From NCBI GenBank assembly GCA_963706025.1, contig CAVPLM010000005.1, forward strand, positions 160,001 through 224,000: DNA of 64,000 nt, read 5' to 3'. The notes below the pieces were generated by a model. That model was not told the DNA's origin. It saw nothing but the letters and a program-made list of their open reading frames with translations, and did not search any database. A program made the translations under genes and the position numbers. Below, one piece after another: positions 10,328-20,054 of this stretch. How positions within the stretch are numbered: the first letter of the stretch is position 1; every line of letters starts with the position of its first letter. The DNA is from an uncultured Actinomycetes bacterium (GTDB lineage Bacteria > Actinomycetota > Thermoleophilia > RBG-16-64-13).

Positions 10328-12133
10328 GTGAGCCAAAGGCGCGTTCTTGTCCTTTTTGGAATCCTCTGTCTCTTGGCCGTCACGGTGTTCGGGGCGGGTC
10401 TCCTCTCGCCTTCGAGGGCGTTCGCAGCCGGTACGTGGACGCCGGAGCGCATCTACAGCAACGCGACCAATGAGACGGCCGCGGTTAGGACCCAAGGTGA
10501 TTACGTGGTCTGGGCGACGTACGACCGCAGCGAAGGAGAGTACGCGGACCTGTTCGTGTACACCATCTCCACCAAGCAGACGAAGAGGATCGCCGGGCGC
10601 GACCTCGCGTTCCACATCGACGAAGAACCGTTGCTCGACGGCACCCACGTCGTCTGGGAAGAAGAAACCTCGGACGAAGCGTCCGACATCATCCTCTACG
10701 ACATCGCCACCGAACAGACGAAGAGACTGAGCGGCGGCGCCCTCGACACATATGAGATGCATCCCTGTGTGCAGGGCGACTGGGTGGTATGGGACGGGCT
10801 GGTGGCACCCGGCCCGGACTATTGGGTTTATGAGCCGGTGGTGTTCGCATATCGCATCTCCACCTCCGGCCCTGTCCAGGTCATCCGCTGGCGTACGCAT
10901 GAGACGCAGGCGCACTCGGCGGACTACCGTTCCATGGACGAGGCTCCTTGGGTATCGAACGGCAAGATGGCGTGGACCTTCGAGCGCCCCGATGGCAACC
11001 CCTATCTCGGCATCATGGACTTAGCCACGGCAACGGTCGAGTGGCAGTGGAAGCTGCCGGCAGCGCACACCTATTGGCCTTGCTACGGGGTCGGGCAGGC
11101 CAACCTGATGTGGAACGGGTACCTGCTCATCCGCTTGGGTTCCCCGAACCCCGCTTCGCAAGGTGGCCTCTTGGACGGTCTCTGGCTGAGGAACCCCGGC
11201 CAGACCGAGCCGGAGGTGCTCCGAGCCGACGCCGCGACCTACACCTTCTGCTCCGACATCCGGGGTGGGAACGCCGTTTGGGCGTCCGGGGACGTATACA
11301 TCAAGAAGCCGGGGGGCCAGGTCACGAAGCTGGCGAATACCAGCGGGGTGATCGACCTTTCCAGTGACGGCTCTTATCTGGCCTGGATCCGCCAGGGGAC
11401 GATCTGGTGGTACGACATCTCCACTGGGGAGTCGGTCTCGATGCCGGGCGCTGTGGGCATGCATCCGGCGGTCGCGGCCTCGCAGGTAGCGTGGGTCGGG
11501 GACTTCGTAGGCGGACGGTGTCACGGTGTCTACTTGGCGACTCGTGGCATGGCCGGCTTCCCGGACGTCGCCACCACCCATCCCTACTACACAGCCATCA
11601 GCGGCATGGCCGCCCGGGGCATCATAGGGGGCTACACCAACGGCAATTTTGGTCCGGGCGACCTGGTCATCCGCCAGCAGTTCGCCAAGATGATCGTCAA
11701 GACCCTGGGTCTCTCGGTCACGGGCACCGAAGTCTGTCCGTTCGTCGACGTGAGCGCCGGCACCGGGGCCGATCCTTTCTACCCGGCCAAGTACGTAGCC
11801 GTGTGCGCCCTCAACAACATCACCAAGGGCACAGATGCCACTCATTTCGCTCCTACTCGAAACATAACTCGCGCCCAGATGATCACCATGGTGGTGCGGG
11901 CGGCAGATAATCTGGCCGCCGGCAGCCTGCAGGCTGTGCCCACCGGCTGGGTCGGCCAACTCTCCTACGCCGATGCTACCCACGGGGCCAACATCCAGAA
12001 AGCCGAGTTCAACGGACTGCTGGCCGGTATTCAAGGTCCGGGCGGCACCCTAGCCGGCTGGAACACAGATGGCAACGCCACTCGGGGCGAAGTGGCCCAG
12101 ATGCTCTGGAATCTCTTGCAGATGCTGCCCTAG
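10328..12133 (+). CDS. Secreted protein with TolB-like propeller repeats and C-terminal S-layer homology domains
   Basis: Signal peptide (AFA); repeated GDxVVW; FPDV...GIIGGYTNGNFGP...RQQFAKM, ITRAQM, ATRGEVAQML. Confidence 0.85.
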   Translation: MSQRRVLVLFGILCLLAVTVFGAGLLSPSRAFAAGTWTPERIYSNATNETAAVRTQGDYVVWATYDRSEGEYADLFVYTISTKQTKRIAGRDLAFHIDEEPLLDGTHVVWEEETSDEASDIILYDIATEQTKRLSGGALDTYEMHPCVQGDWVVWDGLVAPGPDYWVYEPVVFAYRISTSGPVQVIRWRTHETQAHSADYRSMDEAPWVSNGKMAWTFERPDGNPYLGIMDLATATVEWQWKLPAAHTYWPCYGVGQANLMWNGYLLIRLGSPNPASQGGLLDGLWLRNPGQTEPEVLRADAATYTFCSDIRGGNAVWASGDVYIKKPGGQVTKLANTSGVIDLSSDGSYLAWIRQGTIWWYDISTGESVSMPGAVGMHPAVAASQVAWVGDFVGGRCHGVYLATRGMAGFPDVATTHPYYTAISGMAARGIIGGYTNGNFGPGDLVIRQQFAKMIVKTLGLSVTGTEVCPFVDVSAGTGADPFYPAKYVAVCALNNITKGTDATHFAPTRNITRAQMITMVVRAADNLAAGSLQAVPTGWVGQLSYADATHGANIQKAEFNGLLAGIQGPGGTLAGWNTDGNATRGEVAQMLWNLLQMLP

Positions 12134-12324
12134 AGAGTGGCGGCGCAGGTCGCGACCGCGCGGAACTCTTGTGACTGCGCCGCCCCGCCCCTGGTCTTCC
12201 AGCGGGCTGTCGAACCTGTTCCTTGGCCCGGCCTCAACACCCCCCAGACGGGCTATGCAAAGTGCCGTGTGAACCTCTAGAGTGGGACCGGTCTGCATCG
12301 AACCGGGCGTGACTGGGAGGGGCT

Positions 12325-13512
12325 ATGGACGATCCTGGGTTTCGTCGGGTGTACTTCATCGACTGGCTGCGGATCCTCGCGGTACTGCTGCTTTTTCCGT
12401 TTCACACGCTGCGCGTCTTCGATGCTGGCGACCCTTTCTACGTCAAGTCTTCCCCATTGGTGGAGTGGGTGGGAGGCGTTCTTTCGTTCATCTCGGTGTG
12501 GCACATGCCGCTGCTCTTCTTTCTGGCGGGGTGCTCGACATACTATGCCTTGCGCAAGCGCAGTGGCGGCCAGTATTCGTGGGAGCGGGTCAAGCGGCTG
12601 CTGATTCCGCTCGTATTCGGGATCTTTGTCTTGATCCCGCCACAGACGTGGTACGGCGCCCAGTTCAACTCCGGGTACACCGACTCCTACTGGCACTACC
12701 TCTCCAGCGGCGACTTCCTGGTGTGGAACGTCCAGGACGGCGGCGACTACTTCGGCGGGTTTGGCATCGGACAGCTCTGGTTCATCTATTTCCTGCTGTT
12801 CATCTCGTTCATCGCGCTTCCGCTCATGCTATGGGGGGCCAGGGGCAGGGGTGTCCGCCGTATGCAGGCTTTCAGCCGGCGCCTTGCCCGCCCCGTCTGG
12901 TGGATCCTGGCCTTCGTCATCCTCTACGTGGGTGGCATAGCGCCGGACATCCCTGGTGGCCCCTTCGTGTATTACCTCTTCGTCTTCACGCTCGGCTTCG
13001 TTGCAGTATGCGACCCGAAGTTCATGGAATCGGCGGAGCGCTTCCGGGTACCGGCGCTCGTGGTCGGGGTGGCTCTGACGCTGTTCCAAGTGCTGAGTAC
13101 CGACTTCCGTGAGTCGTTCCCCGATCCGTCATGGCAGCGCGCCGTCCTTGCCATCGCGGAGGTGGCTGCCACCTGGCTGATGCTGGTGGGGATGATGGGC
13201 TTCGGCAAGCGGTACCTCGATCGAACGTCGCGGACGCAGAAGTACCTGGCTGAGGGTTCCTACCCCGTGTACATCCTGCATCAGACGGTCATCGTGATCA
13301 TCGCTTTCTACGTAGTCCAACTTGCGGTGCCGCAGTTGGTGCAGTGGGTGGTACTACTCATCGCGGCCGTCGCCGGCACGTTCGCCCTCTACGAGATCGT
13401 GCGCCGCGTGGGTGTTCTGCGCTTCCTGTTCGGAATGCGGCAACTCAAGCGGGCGCAACGCCCGGTCCAACCTGAACCGGCCCTGACCGGCACCAAGGGC
13501 CCGGAGATCTAG
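12325..13512 (+). CDS. Acyltransferase family 3 (OpgC/MdoC-like) membrane protein
   Basis: IDWLR, MPLLFFLAG, ERVKRLLIP, LWFIYFL, SYPVYILHQ. Confidence 0.88.
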   Translation: MDDPGFRRVYFIDWLRILAVLLLFPFHTLRVFDAGDPFYVKSSPLVEWVGGVLSFISVWHMPLLFFLAGCSTYYALRKRSGGQYSWERVKRLLIPLVFGIFVLIPPQTWYGAQFNSGYTDSYWHYLSSGDFLVWNVQDGGDYFGGFGIGQLWFIYFLLFISFIALPLMLWGARGRGVRRMQAFSRRLARPVWWILAFVILYVGGIAPDIPGGPFVYYLFVFTLGFVAVCDPKFMESAERFRVPALVVGVALTLFQVLSTDFRESFPDPSWQRAVLAIAEVAATWLMLVGMMGFGKRYLDRTSRTQKYLAEGSYPVYILHQTVIVIIAFYVVQLAVPQLVQWVVLLIAAVAGTFALYEIVRRVGVLRFLFGMRQLKRAQRPVQPEPALTGTKGPEI

Positions 13513-13631
13513 TCCGAGTTCACGCAGCGCCCGACCCTTGAGCGCAGAACTGGCGGCATAGGTACAATGGCCGGCGGGGATGGACGTGAAGCCGACCGGC
13601 GGTGAACATCGCGGACAGATCGGAGATCGCA

Positions 13632-15065
13632 ATGGAGCACGAGAGGACCGTAGAGGCTGACGTGGTGATCATCGGGTCTGGCGCCTCGGGCTTGTGTGCC
13701 GCGCTGACCCTCAGTTTCGGGGGGGCTTCCGTACTCATGTTCGAGCAGGAGCCCGAACCTGGAGGCATGACCAACTACGCGGAAGGGATGTTCGCGGTCG
13801 GGAGCAAGCTGCAGAAGAAGAAGAAAGTCGGACTCACGGTCGAGGAGGCCTTCAACGTGCACATGGAAGAGACCCACTGGCTCGCGAACGCCCGCCTGGT
13901 GAGGACTTTCATGGAGCGGTCGGGCGAGACGATCGACTGGCTGGAGGGTCTGGGCGCCCAGTTCATCGGCCTGTTCAACATATCTCCGTTCACGCCGAGG
14001 GTATGGCACCAGATGGTCGGCTTGGGCAAAGAGGGGCTGGTCAAGCCGCTTTTCGACAGGGCGCAGGGAGCGAAGAACATCCAGATGTTCTTCGAGACCC
14101 CTGTAACGAGCCTAGTCATGGAGGAAGGGCGCGCCGCGGGGGTGGTGGCTGAAGACAAGGACGGGAACACGATCCGGGCCGAATCCAGGGCGGTCATCAT
14201 CGCGTCCGGCGGTTACCAGGACAACCAAGAGTGGGTGGACAGGTACTGCAAGTCTGGCTTCACGAGGCCGGTGGTTCCGGCGAACCAGACCGGGGGTCCC
14301 ATCCAGATGGCCTGGGACGTCGGCGCCGAACCTTACGATCTCGGCGTGATGCAGACCATCGTCCTCGTTCCCGAAGAGGAGCTCACCTCTCAGCTGCTGA
14401 CAGCGGGCTATCAGCCTCGTCTGTGGGTCAATCAACTGGGGGAGAGATACTGCAACGAATCGATCTGCTGGAAGTTCCCCATGGCGGGGAACGCCTTGGC
14501 ACGGCAGCCGGGGGCTGCGGCCTGGTGCGTATTCGATGACGACACCCGGGTGCACATGAAGGAAGAGGGCGTTCTGTATGTGCTGGGCGAGTTCTACGAC
14601 ATCCTGAAGAACCTGCCGGATATCGACGAAGAGCTGGCGCGGGGGATAGAAGCGGGCAAGGTCTTCAAGGGAGAGTCGCTCGCGAGACTGGCGGCCCAAA
14701 TCGGCGTGGACGGCGGAGCTCTGCAGGCCACAATAGATGAATACAACGACTGCTTCGACCAAAACTACGACCACATCTTCGGAAAGGACAAGATCTACCT
14801 GCAGGCGATCAAGAAACCCCCCTTCTATGCCGTGAAGCTCGGACTCGCCGCTTTCATGACCAACGGCGGAATCAGGATCAATCACAAGACCGAGGTCCTG
14901 ACGAAAGAACGCAAGGCGATCCCCGGACTCTATGCCGCCGGGTGCTGCGCCGGCGGTCTTCTTGGTGACACGTACGAAGTGTCGACGACCGGGGGCTCGC
15001 TCAGTTTTGCCGTGAACTCCGGACGCATGGCAGGGGAGAGCGCGCTGCAGTACCTGGGGAAGTAG
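13632..15065 (+). CDS. FAD-binding flavoprotein of the fumarate reductase/flavocytochrome c/3-ketosteroid dehydrogenase superfamily
   Basis: IIGSGASG, VIIASGGY, TNGGIRIN, IPGLYAAG, SGRMAG; no signal peptide. Confidence 0.88.
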   Translation: MEHERTVEADVVIIGSGASGLCAALTLSFGGASVLMFEQEPEPGGMTNYAEGMFAVGSKLQKKKKVGLTVEEAFNVHMEETHWLANARLVRTFMERSGETIDWLEGLGAQFIGLFNISPFTPRVWHQMVGLGKEGLVKPLFDRAQGAKNIQMFFETPVTSLVMEEGRAAGVVAEDKDGNTIRAESRAVIIASGGYQDNQEWVDRYCKSGFTRPVVPANQTGGPIQMAWDVGAEPYDLGVMQTIVLVPEEELTSQLLTAGYQPRLWVNQLGERYCNESICWKFPMAGNALARQPGAAAWCVFDDDTRVHMKEEGVLYVLGEFYDILKNLPDIDEELARGIEAGKVFKGESLARLAAQIGVDGGALQATIDEYNDCFDQNYDHIFGKDKIYLQAIKKPPFYAVKLGLAAFMTNGGIRINHKTEVLTKERKAIPGLYAAGCCAGGLLGDTYEVSTTGGSLSFAVNSGRMAGESALQYLGK

Positions 15066-15108
15066 AAGCTCCACTCCCGTTGACCTGCCCGCCTCCCGGC
15101 CGAAGGAG

Positions 15109-16272
15109 ATGACTTGGATGGAAGACGTGATGAAAGAGTTCGCCCAGCTGGCCACAGACAGGCCGGCCGAGCTCCGGAGACTCAAACAACAGGGCAAGAA
15201 GGTAGTCGCGTACATCGGCCACTTCGTCCCTGAGGAGTTGCTCTACGCTGCCGGCGTCGAGCCGTACTTGATCTGTAGGGGGGGCGAGCCGGAGCCACCG
15301 GAGGCGGTGCTGGACGACATGCTCCGGTTCTTGAATCCGCTGGCCCGGTCGATAGCGGGGTTCCACTTGATGGGCCTGGATCCAGTGATGCCGCTGGCCG
15401 ATCTCATCGTGGCCAGCCAGCCCGAGTGCCACATCCAAAGGATCGCGGAGCTCCTCGAGCACAAGGGACTGCCCGTCTTCAAGGTGGGTGTGCCCCCGAA
15501 CTGGGACAAGGCATATGCGGGCGAATACTACTTCCGCGAGCTGGAACAACTGAAGGACAGGCTCCAAGAGCTGACCGGAAACGCCATCGCCGACGAAAAG
15601 CTGCGCGAGTACATCGGCTACTCGAACGACATCAACCGAGCCCTCCGCAAGATCGACGAGCTTCGAAAACGGGACTCCCCGCCGCTCGGTGGTTACGAGT
15701 TCATCCACCTGAACCACCACTCGTTCTTCACCGAGCCGGAAGTCGCTGTGGAGAAGCTCCACCAGGTCTTCGCTGCGCTCGAGGACGCCCCGGCGAAGTT
15801 CCCCAAGAACGCTCCACGGATCCTGCTGGCCGGTCACGCCGTGGCGGTTGGCGACTATCTCGTGGTGAAGAACCTGGAGGATTCGGGTGCTCTCATCGCC
15901 ACGGAGATGCTGGACGAAGGCATCCGCTGGTACCGGTGGGATACCGCCGTCGAGGGCGATCCGCTCAGGAACCTGTGGCGGGTGAGATACCTGGACAAGG
16001 TGCCGGTCAACATCTTCCAGCCTGCCTGGAGAGACCGTTTCGAGCACATGCGTACCCTCATCGGCGACTACCGGATCGACGGCGTGGTGTGGTACCAGCT
16101 TGCGTATGACGAGATCTACGATATGGAGTGCACCGTTATCGCCAAGTGGCTGCGGGACCTGAAGGTGCCACTTCTGAAGCTGGAGACCTCGTACGAGTAC
16201 TCTAGGGAAGCGACGGGCCCGCTCAACACCAAGATCGAGAGCTTTGTCGAGAGCCTGCGGAGAGGTAGGTAA
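15109..16272 (+). CDS. 2-hydroxyacyl-CoA dehydratase-family subunit (beta-like)
   Basis: GKKVVAY...FVPEELLYAAG, PRILLAG, IDGVVW, LKLETSY...TKIESFVE. Confidence 0.88.
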   Translation: MTWMEDVMKEFAQLATDRPAELRRLKQQGKKVVAYIGHFVPEELLYAAGVEPYLICRGGEPEPPEAVLDDMLRFLNPLARSIAGFHLMGLDPVMPLADLIVASQPECHIQRIAELLEHKGLPVFKVGVPPNWDKAYAGEYYFRELEQLKDRLQELTGNAIADEKLREYIGYSNDINRALRKIDELRKRDSPPLGGYEFIHLNHHSFFTEPEVAVEKLHQVFAALEDAPAKFPKNAPRILLAGHAVAVGDYLVVKNLEDSGALIATEMLDEGIRWYRWDTAVEGDPLRNLWRVRYLDKVPVNIFQPAWRDRFEHMRTLIGDYRIDGVVWYQLAYDEIYDMECTVIAKWLRDLKVPLLKLETSYEYSREATGPLNTKIESFVESLRRGR

Positions 16273-16274
16273 CC

Positions 16275-17747
16275 ATGGCGAGCACCATTTACGAAGAGTA
16301 TCTCGAGCTGGGCGCCTACGAGGGCAAAGAACGGCAGCGGCTGCTGCCGCAGTGGATCGAAGCCGCCACCCGCTTGGGGCTGACCGAAAAGGACATGGAG
16401 TTCGCCGTCCGCGAGTGGATCCCGGACATGTGGGACCTCAAGTACCTGGGCATCCGCAAGATGATCGGGGCGATCACGCGGGAAGCCATCGATCACGCCC
16501 ATCTGATGGAGCACAAGAAGCGCGGGGTCAAGCTGGTGTACGGCATCATCCCGGCCATCCTCACGCCCTATCAGGCCATCAAGAAAGCCGGAGGGGACAA
16601 GATCTTCGTCAGCTTTCCCGACATGTGCCTTATGAACTTCCTCCAGCCGCTCTTCCACAAAGGCGCCCCCCTCTTCGAACTGGCGGAGCAGGCCGGCCTC
16701 ACCTACGGTTGCCGCCACTGCGCCCTCAACAAACTGAGGATCGGGCTCCGGCTCAAGGACGTGGTACCGGCTCCGGACATCCAGTGGTCCTTCGGTCTCG
16801 TATGCGATGAGGCGACCAAGGTCGACGAGTTCATCAACTGCATGTACGACGACCAATGGTTCGCCGTCATAACCAGGCTGCCTCACGACACCTGCCTGGG
16901 AGAGGTCGATGACGAGATACCGGAGAGGGTGGAGTACCTCGCCGGGGCCTTCAAGGACGCCTACGAGGAGGTCCAGCGGGTCACGGGGATCCAAGTGAAG
17001 GAAGAGCACCTCGCCGCTGCATCGGATGACTTCCAGCGTTACCTGGGCAAGACCGACGTTCTTACCCGGCTGGTCGGGGAGGCCGACCCGCAGATGTTGC
17101 GAGGCTCGGAGCTCAACAACTTCTGTCATCCCTTCTCCATGCCCTTCAACACGGGGATTGAATACATGGAGGACGCTCTCGACACCATGATCGAAGAGGT
17201 CAGGCGGGAAGTGGCGAATGGCACGGGCGACTACCCCAAGGGAGCACCCAAGATAGCCGCCTTCTTCATCCCGTACGCGGTCCCCTGGGTGGACAAGGTC
17301 TTCATGGACAACGGCGTCGCCACCTCGTTCAGTCTGGGCATGATCCCGTCTGAGAAGCAGTTGATCCCGCCCAGCCACGACGACGTGTACCTGAACGTCG
17401 CCGAGCAGTGGCTGAGGATGGTGTTCGGCATGGGTTGCCACACCGAGGTGAAGACCTGGATCGAGAAGGTCAACAGGGTGAAGGTCGACGGACTACTCCT
17501 GGGCTTCTTCGACTACGACCGCTGGATCGGGCAGATCCACAAACTGGGGGCGAAGGAAGTTGAGAAGGCCACCGGGGTACCTACCTTCTACATCGAGGCC
17601 GACTTCTTCGACGATCGTGACTACAGCCAGGAGGCCCTACGCACCCGGATCGAGAGCATCAGCCAGGTGATCAAGATGCGGAAGGCGGCCAGAGAGCAGG
17701 GGGCGGTTGGACAGCGGGGAGCGGTCGGAGAGCGGGGAGCGGCCTGA
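16275..17747 (+). CDS. 2-hydroxyacyl-CoA dehydratase-family subunit (alpha-like)
   Basis: RHCAL, LVCDEA, GVPTFYIEADFFDDRDYSQEALRTRIES. Confidence 0.85.
   Translation: MASTIYEEYLELGAYEGKERQRLLPQWIEAATRLGLTEKDMEFAVREWIPDMWDLKYLGIRKMIGAITREAIDHAHLMEHKKRGVKLVYGIIPAILTPYQAIKKAGGDKIFVSFPDMCLMNFLQPLFHKGAPLFELAEQAGLTYGCRHCALNKLRIGLRLKDVVPAPDIQWSFGLVCDEATKVDEFINCMYDDQWFAVITRLPHDTCLGEVDDEIPERVEYLAGAFKDAYEEVQRVTGIQVKEEHLAAASDDFQRYLGKTDVLTRLVGEADPQMLRGSELNNFCHPFSMPFNTGIEYMEDALDTMIEEVRREVANGTGDYPKGAPKIAAFFIPYAVPWVDKVFMDNGVATSFSLGMIPSEKQLIPPSHDDVYLNVAEQWLRMVFGMGCHTEVKTWIEKVNRVKVDGLLLGFFDYDRWIGQIHKLGAKEVEKATGVPTFYIEADFFDDRDYSQEALRTRIESISQVIKMRKAAREQGAVGQRGAVGERGAA
17694..17747 (+). repeat. 3 x 18-bp coding tandem repeat at gene end
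   Basis: GAGCAGGGGGCGGTTGGA / CAGCGGGGAGCGGTCGGA / GAGCGGGGAGCGGCCTGA. Confidence 0.8.
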
Positions 17748-18701
17748 GTGGGCTCCACCGGTACAGCGGACCCTGCCGGCGCCGGCGAAGCGGGAACCGG
17801 CGAACCCGGCGGCGGGCGCAGCGGCGAAGCCGGCGAAGCGGGTAGCGGCCAAGCCGGCGGTAGGCGGAGCGGCGACGGCAGGGCAGCGGTCGATCCCCTG
17901 TTCGCGGGCGTCGACATCGGCTCGACCACCTCGAAGGCCGTGATCATCGACGCGGCGGGGACGGTCGCCGCCTATTCGATCATCGACACCAAACACGACC
18001 GCAACCGGAGTGGAGAGGAAGTCCTGGCCATGGCTCTCGAGGCCGCAGGCAGGAACGAGGCCGACCTGGCCGTGGTAGCCTCTACCGGCTATGGGCGCCG
18101 GTCGTTCCAGCGCACGCAGAAGGTGATGCCGGAGATCATCTGCCACGCCCTCGGCACCGAACACCTGCATCCTGGTGTGAAGACCGTGATCGACGTCGGC
18201 GGCCAGGACAGCAAGATCATCGCAATGGGCGAGCGGGGCACGGTGGAGATGTTCGAGATGAACGATCGCTGCGCCGCCGGGACCGGCCGGTTCTTCGAGG
18301 TCCTCAGCCGGCGCCTGCTGAGCGTGCCTCTGGACGAGTTGGGGCCGCTCGCTCTGACCTCCAAGAACCCCGTCTACCTGAGTAGCGTGTGCACTATCTT
18401 TGCCGAGTCGGAGATCATCTCCTACCTTTCTGAAGGCATGCCCGCCGCGGACATAGCCATGGGCATCCTCGAAGCTATGGCCAAACGGGTAGTCTCCATA
18501 GGCAGGCAGGCCAGGATCCCCTACGAGGAGCCCATCGTGCTCACGGGTGGGGTCGCCCTGAACGTGGCCGCGAAGAAGGCCTTCGAAGATCAGCTCGACA
18601 AGGAGGTCTTCGTCCTTGACAAGCCCCAGATGCCGGCCGCGCTGGGAGTTGCCCTCATCGGCCGGGACGAGTCGGCGATCGACGAGCCTGCGAAGGGTTG
18701 A
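17748..18701 (+). CDS. ATP-dependent dehydratase activator (HgdC/BcrAD/BadFG ASKHA ATPase)
   Basis: GVDIGSTTSK, STGYGR, IDVGGQDSK, MNDRCAAGTGRF, CTIFAESE, LTGGVALN. Confidence 0.93.
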   Translation: MGSTGTADPAGAGEAGTGEPGGGRSGEAGEAGSGQAGGRRSGDGRAAVDPLFAGVDIGSTTSKAVIIDAAGTVAAYSIIDTKHDRNRSGEEVLAMALEAAGRNEADLAVVASTGYGRRSFQRTQKVMPEIICHALGTEHLHPGVKTVIDVGGQDSKIIAMGERGTVEMFEMNDRCAAGTGRFFEVLSRRLLSVPLDELGPLALTSKNPVYLSSVCTIFAESEIISYLSEGMPAADIAMGILEAMAKRVVSIGRQARIPYEEPIVLTGGVALNVAAKKAFEDQLDKEVFVLDKPQMPAALGVALIGRDESAIDEPAKG

Positions 18702-18756
18702 AACAGGGGAGCATCGTTTTCCCCAACTGGCACGCCACCGGGCTAGGAAAGACTTA

Positions 18757-18919
18757 GAACTCGTCTCAGAATGAAGCTCCGCCGTCAGGGACGCCCTGGG
18801 TGAGCGCGAGAGAAGAACGCAGGGAGCGTGAATAGCAGCGCTATTTGCGCGACCGAGGACGTACAGTCGTGCCGTCCAGGGTGCGCTAGGCGGCCGGGGC
18901 TTCATTTTGAAACGAGTTG
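18757..18919. mobile_element. 163-bp MITE-like element with terminal inverted repeats and TTA flanks
   Basis: AACTCGTCTCAGAATGAAGCTCC (18758-18780) vs GGGGCTTCATTTTGAAACGAGTT (18896-18918); TTA at 18754-18756 and 18920-18922. Confidence 0.7.
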
Positions 18920-19945
18920 TTAGGGGAGCTCAGTATCCGGGTCGAGAAGATCTCCGCCCGGCTCCTCGCAGCCGTACGGGTTGTACAACCTGGGCCGGCG
19001 CTCGTTCACCCATAGCTGGAAGATGTCCGGCCGGTTGTAGTGGCCGGCAAAGTCGTGGCGCAACTTGGTCGCGACCGCCACCTCCATATCGCAGTCGGCG
19101 TAGATGATGCCCTCCTCCGGTCCCATCGGTCCCGCAAGGATGCGCTGGTTGGGTCCGACTATCACCGAACCGCCGCAGCAGTCGGGGTTGCGCAGGAAAG
19201 CCTCCGCCTCGGGGCTCACCTGCAGCCTGGCGATCATGTCCTCATCGACCGTACCGCACGGCGATATCACGAAGGCCTTGCTCATCTGGGCGAAGGCCTG
19301 GGAGTCCACGGACACCCGGATCCTCATCGGATCGCCGCTCGTGGGAAAGTGGTTGGGCCAGCTGCTCACGTGGATGCGGGTCCCCTGGGCGATGAATGCG
19401 AATGCGGCCAAGGGATTGGAATTCTCCCCACAGATGAGGCCGCTCATGGGCCCGAACTCCGTGGGGATGGCTTTCATGGTGTCTCCGTAGCCGCCGGCGT
19501 GCACGAGCCGCTCTCCTACCGTGGGCATGACCTTCACGTGCTTACCCAGATAGGTACCGTCCGGCCCCATGAACAACTGGGAGTTGTACATCGTCCCGGT
19601 GGTGTCGGGGAGCTTCTCGCATACTCCCATGACGACGTAGGCGTTGGCGTCTCTCGCCGCGGCGCACAGGGCATCGAAATCAGGACTCGGGATCTCCAGG
19701 GAGTTCTTGAACAGCTCGACCGCCAACCTGTTGGCGATGGCACCGGTGGCGGGATGATGGTGATACCAGATGGGATGAGTTGGGATGAAGCCCTCAGGGA
19801 AGGCGATGACTCGGGCCCCGCCGGCCGCGGCCTCGCTGATGAGCCGGCAGGCCTTCCGCACCGAACCTTCCCTGTCCAGGAAGACCGAAGCAGCCTGGAC
19901 TGCCGCCACCCTGACTGTGGGATACACGTCGCCACCCATTTCCAT
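18920..19945 (-). CDS. Nitrilase (carbon-nitrogen hydrolase)
   Basis: E-K-C triad in FPEGF, HVKVMPT, LICGEN; DFAGHYNRPDIF. Confidence 0.92.
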   Translation of the reverse strand: MEMGGDVYPTVRVAAVQAASVFLDREGSVRKACRLISEAAAGGARVIAFPEGFIPTHPIWYHHHPATGAIANRLAVELFKNSLEIPSPDFDALCAAARDANAYVVMGVCEKLPDTTGTMYNSQLFMGPDGTYLGKHVKVMPTVGERLVHAGGYGDTMKAIPTEFGPMSGLICGENSNPLAAFAFIAQGTRIHVSSWPNHFPTSGDPMRIRVSVDSQAFAQMSKAFVISPCGTVDEDMIARLQVSPEAEAFLRNPDCCGGSVIVGPNQRILAGPMGPEEGIIYADCDMEVAVATKLRHDFAGHYNRPDIFQLWVNERRPRLYNPYGCEEPGGDLLDPDTELP

Positions 19946-20054
19946 TCCTCCATGCGCTTCCAGACGGACCTACGATCGAGTCTACACGCTTAGAGCGGAA
20001 TGAAGGACGGGTATTCTTCGGCCTGGACATCCACGCTTCGAGAGGGGATAGACC

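Noticed and set aside
12212-12221. Second LexA box GAAC-CT-GTTC
   Set aside because: Spacer is 2 nt, not 4
15109-18701. Benzoyl-CoA reductase BcrABCD
   Set aside because: Only one activator subunit and no ring-degradation genes in the window
18728-18744. Sigma54 promoter from TGGCACG
   Set aside because: No GC at the -12 spacing and no downstream gene on that strand
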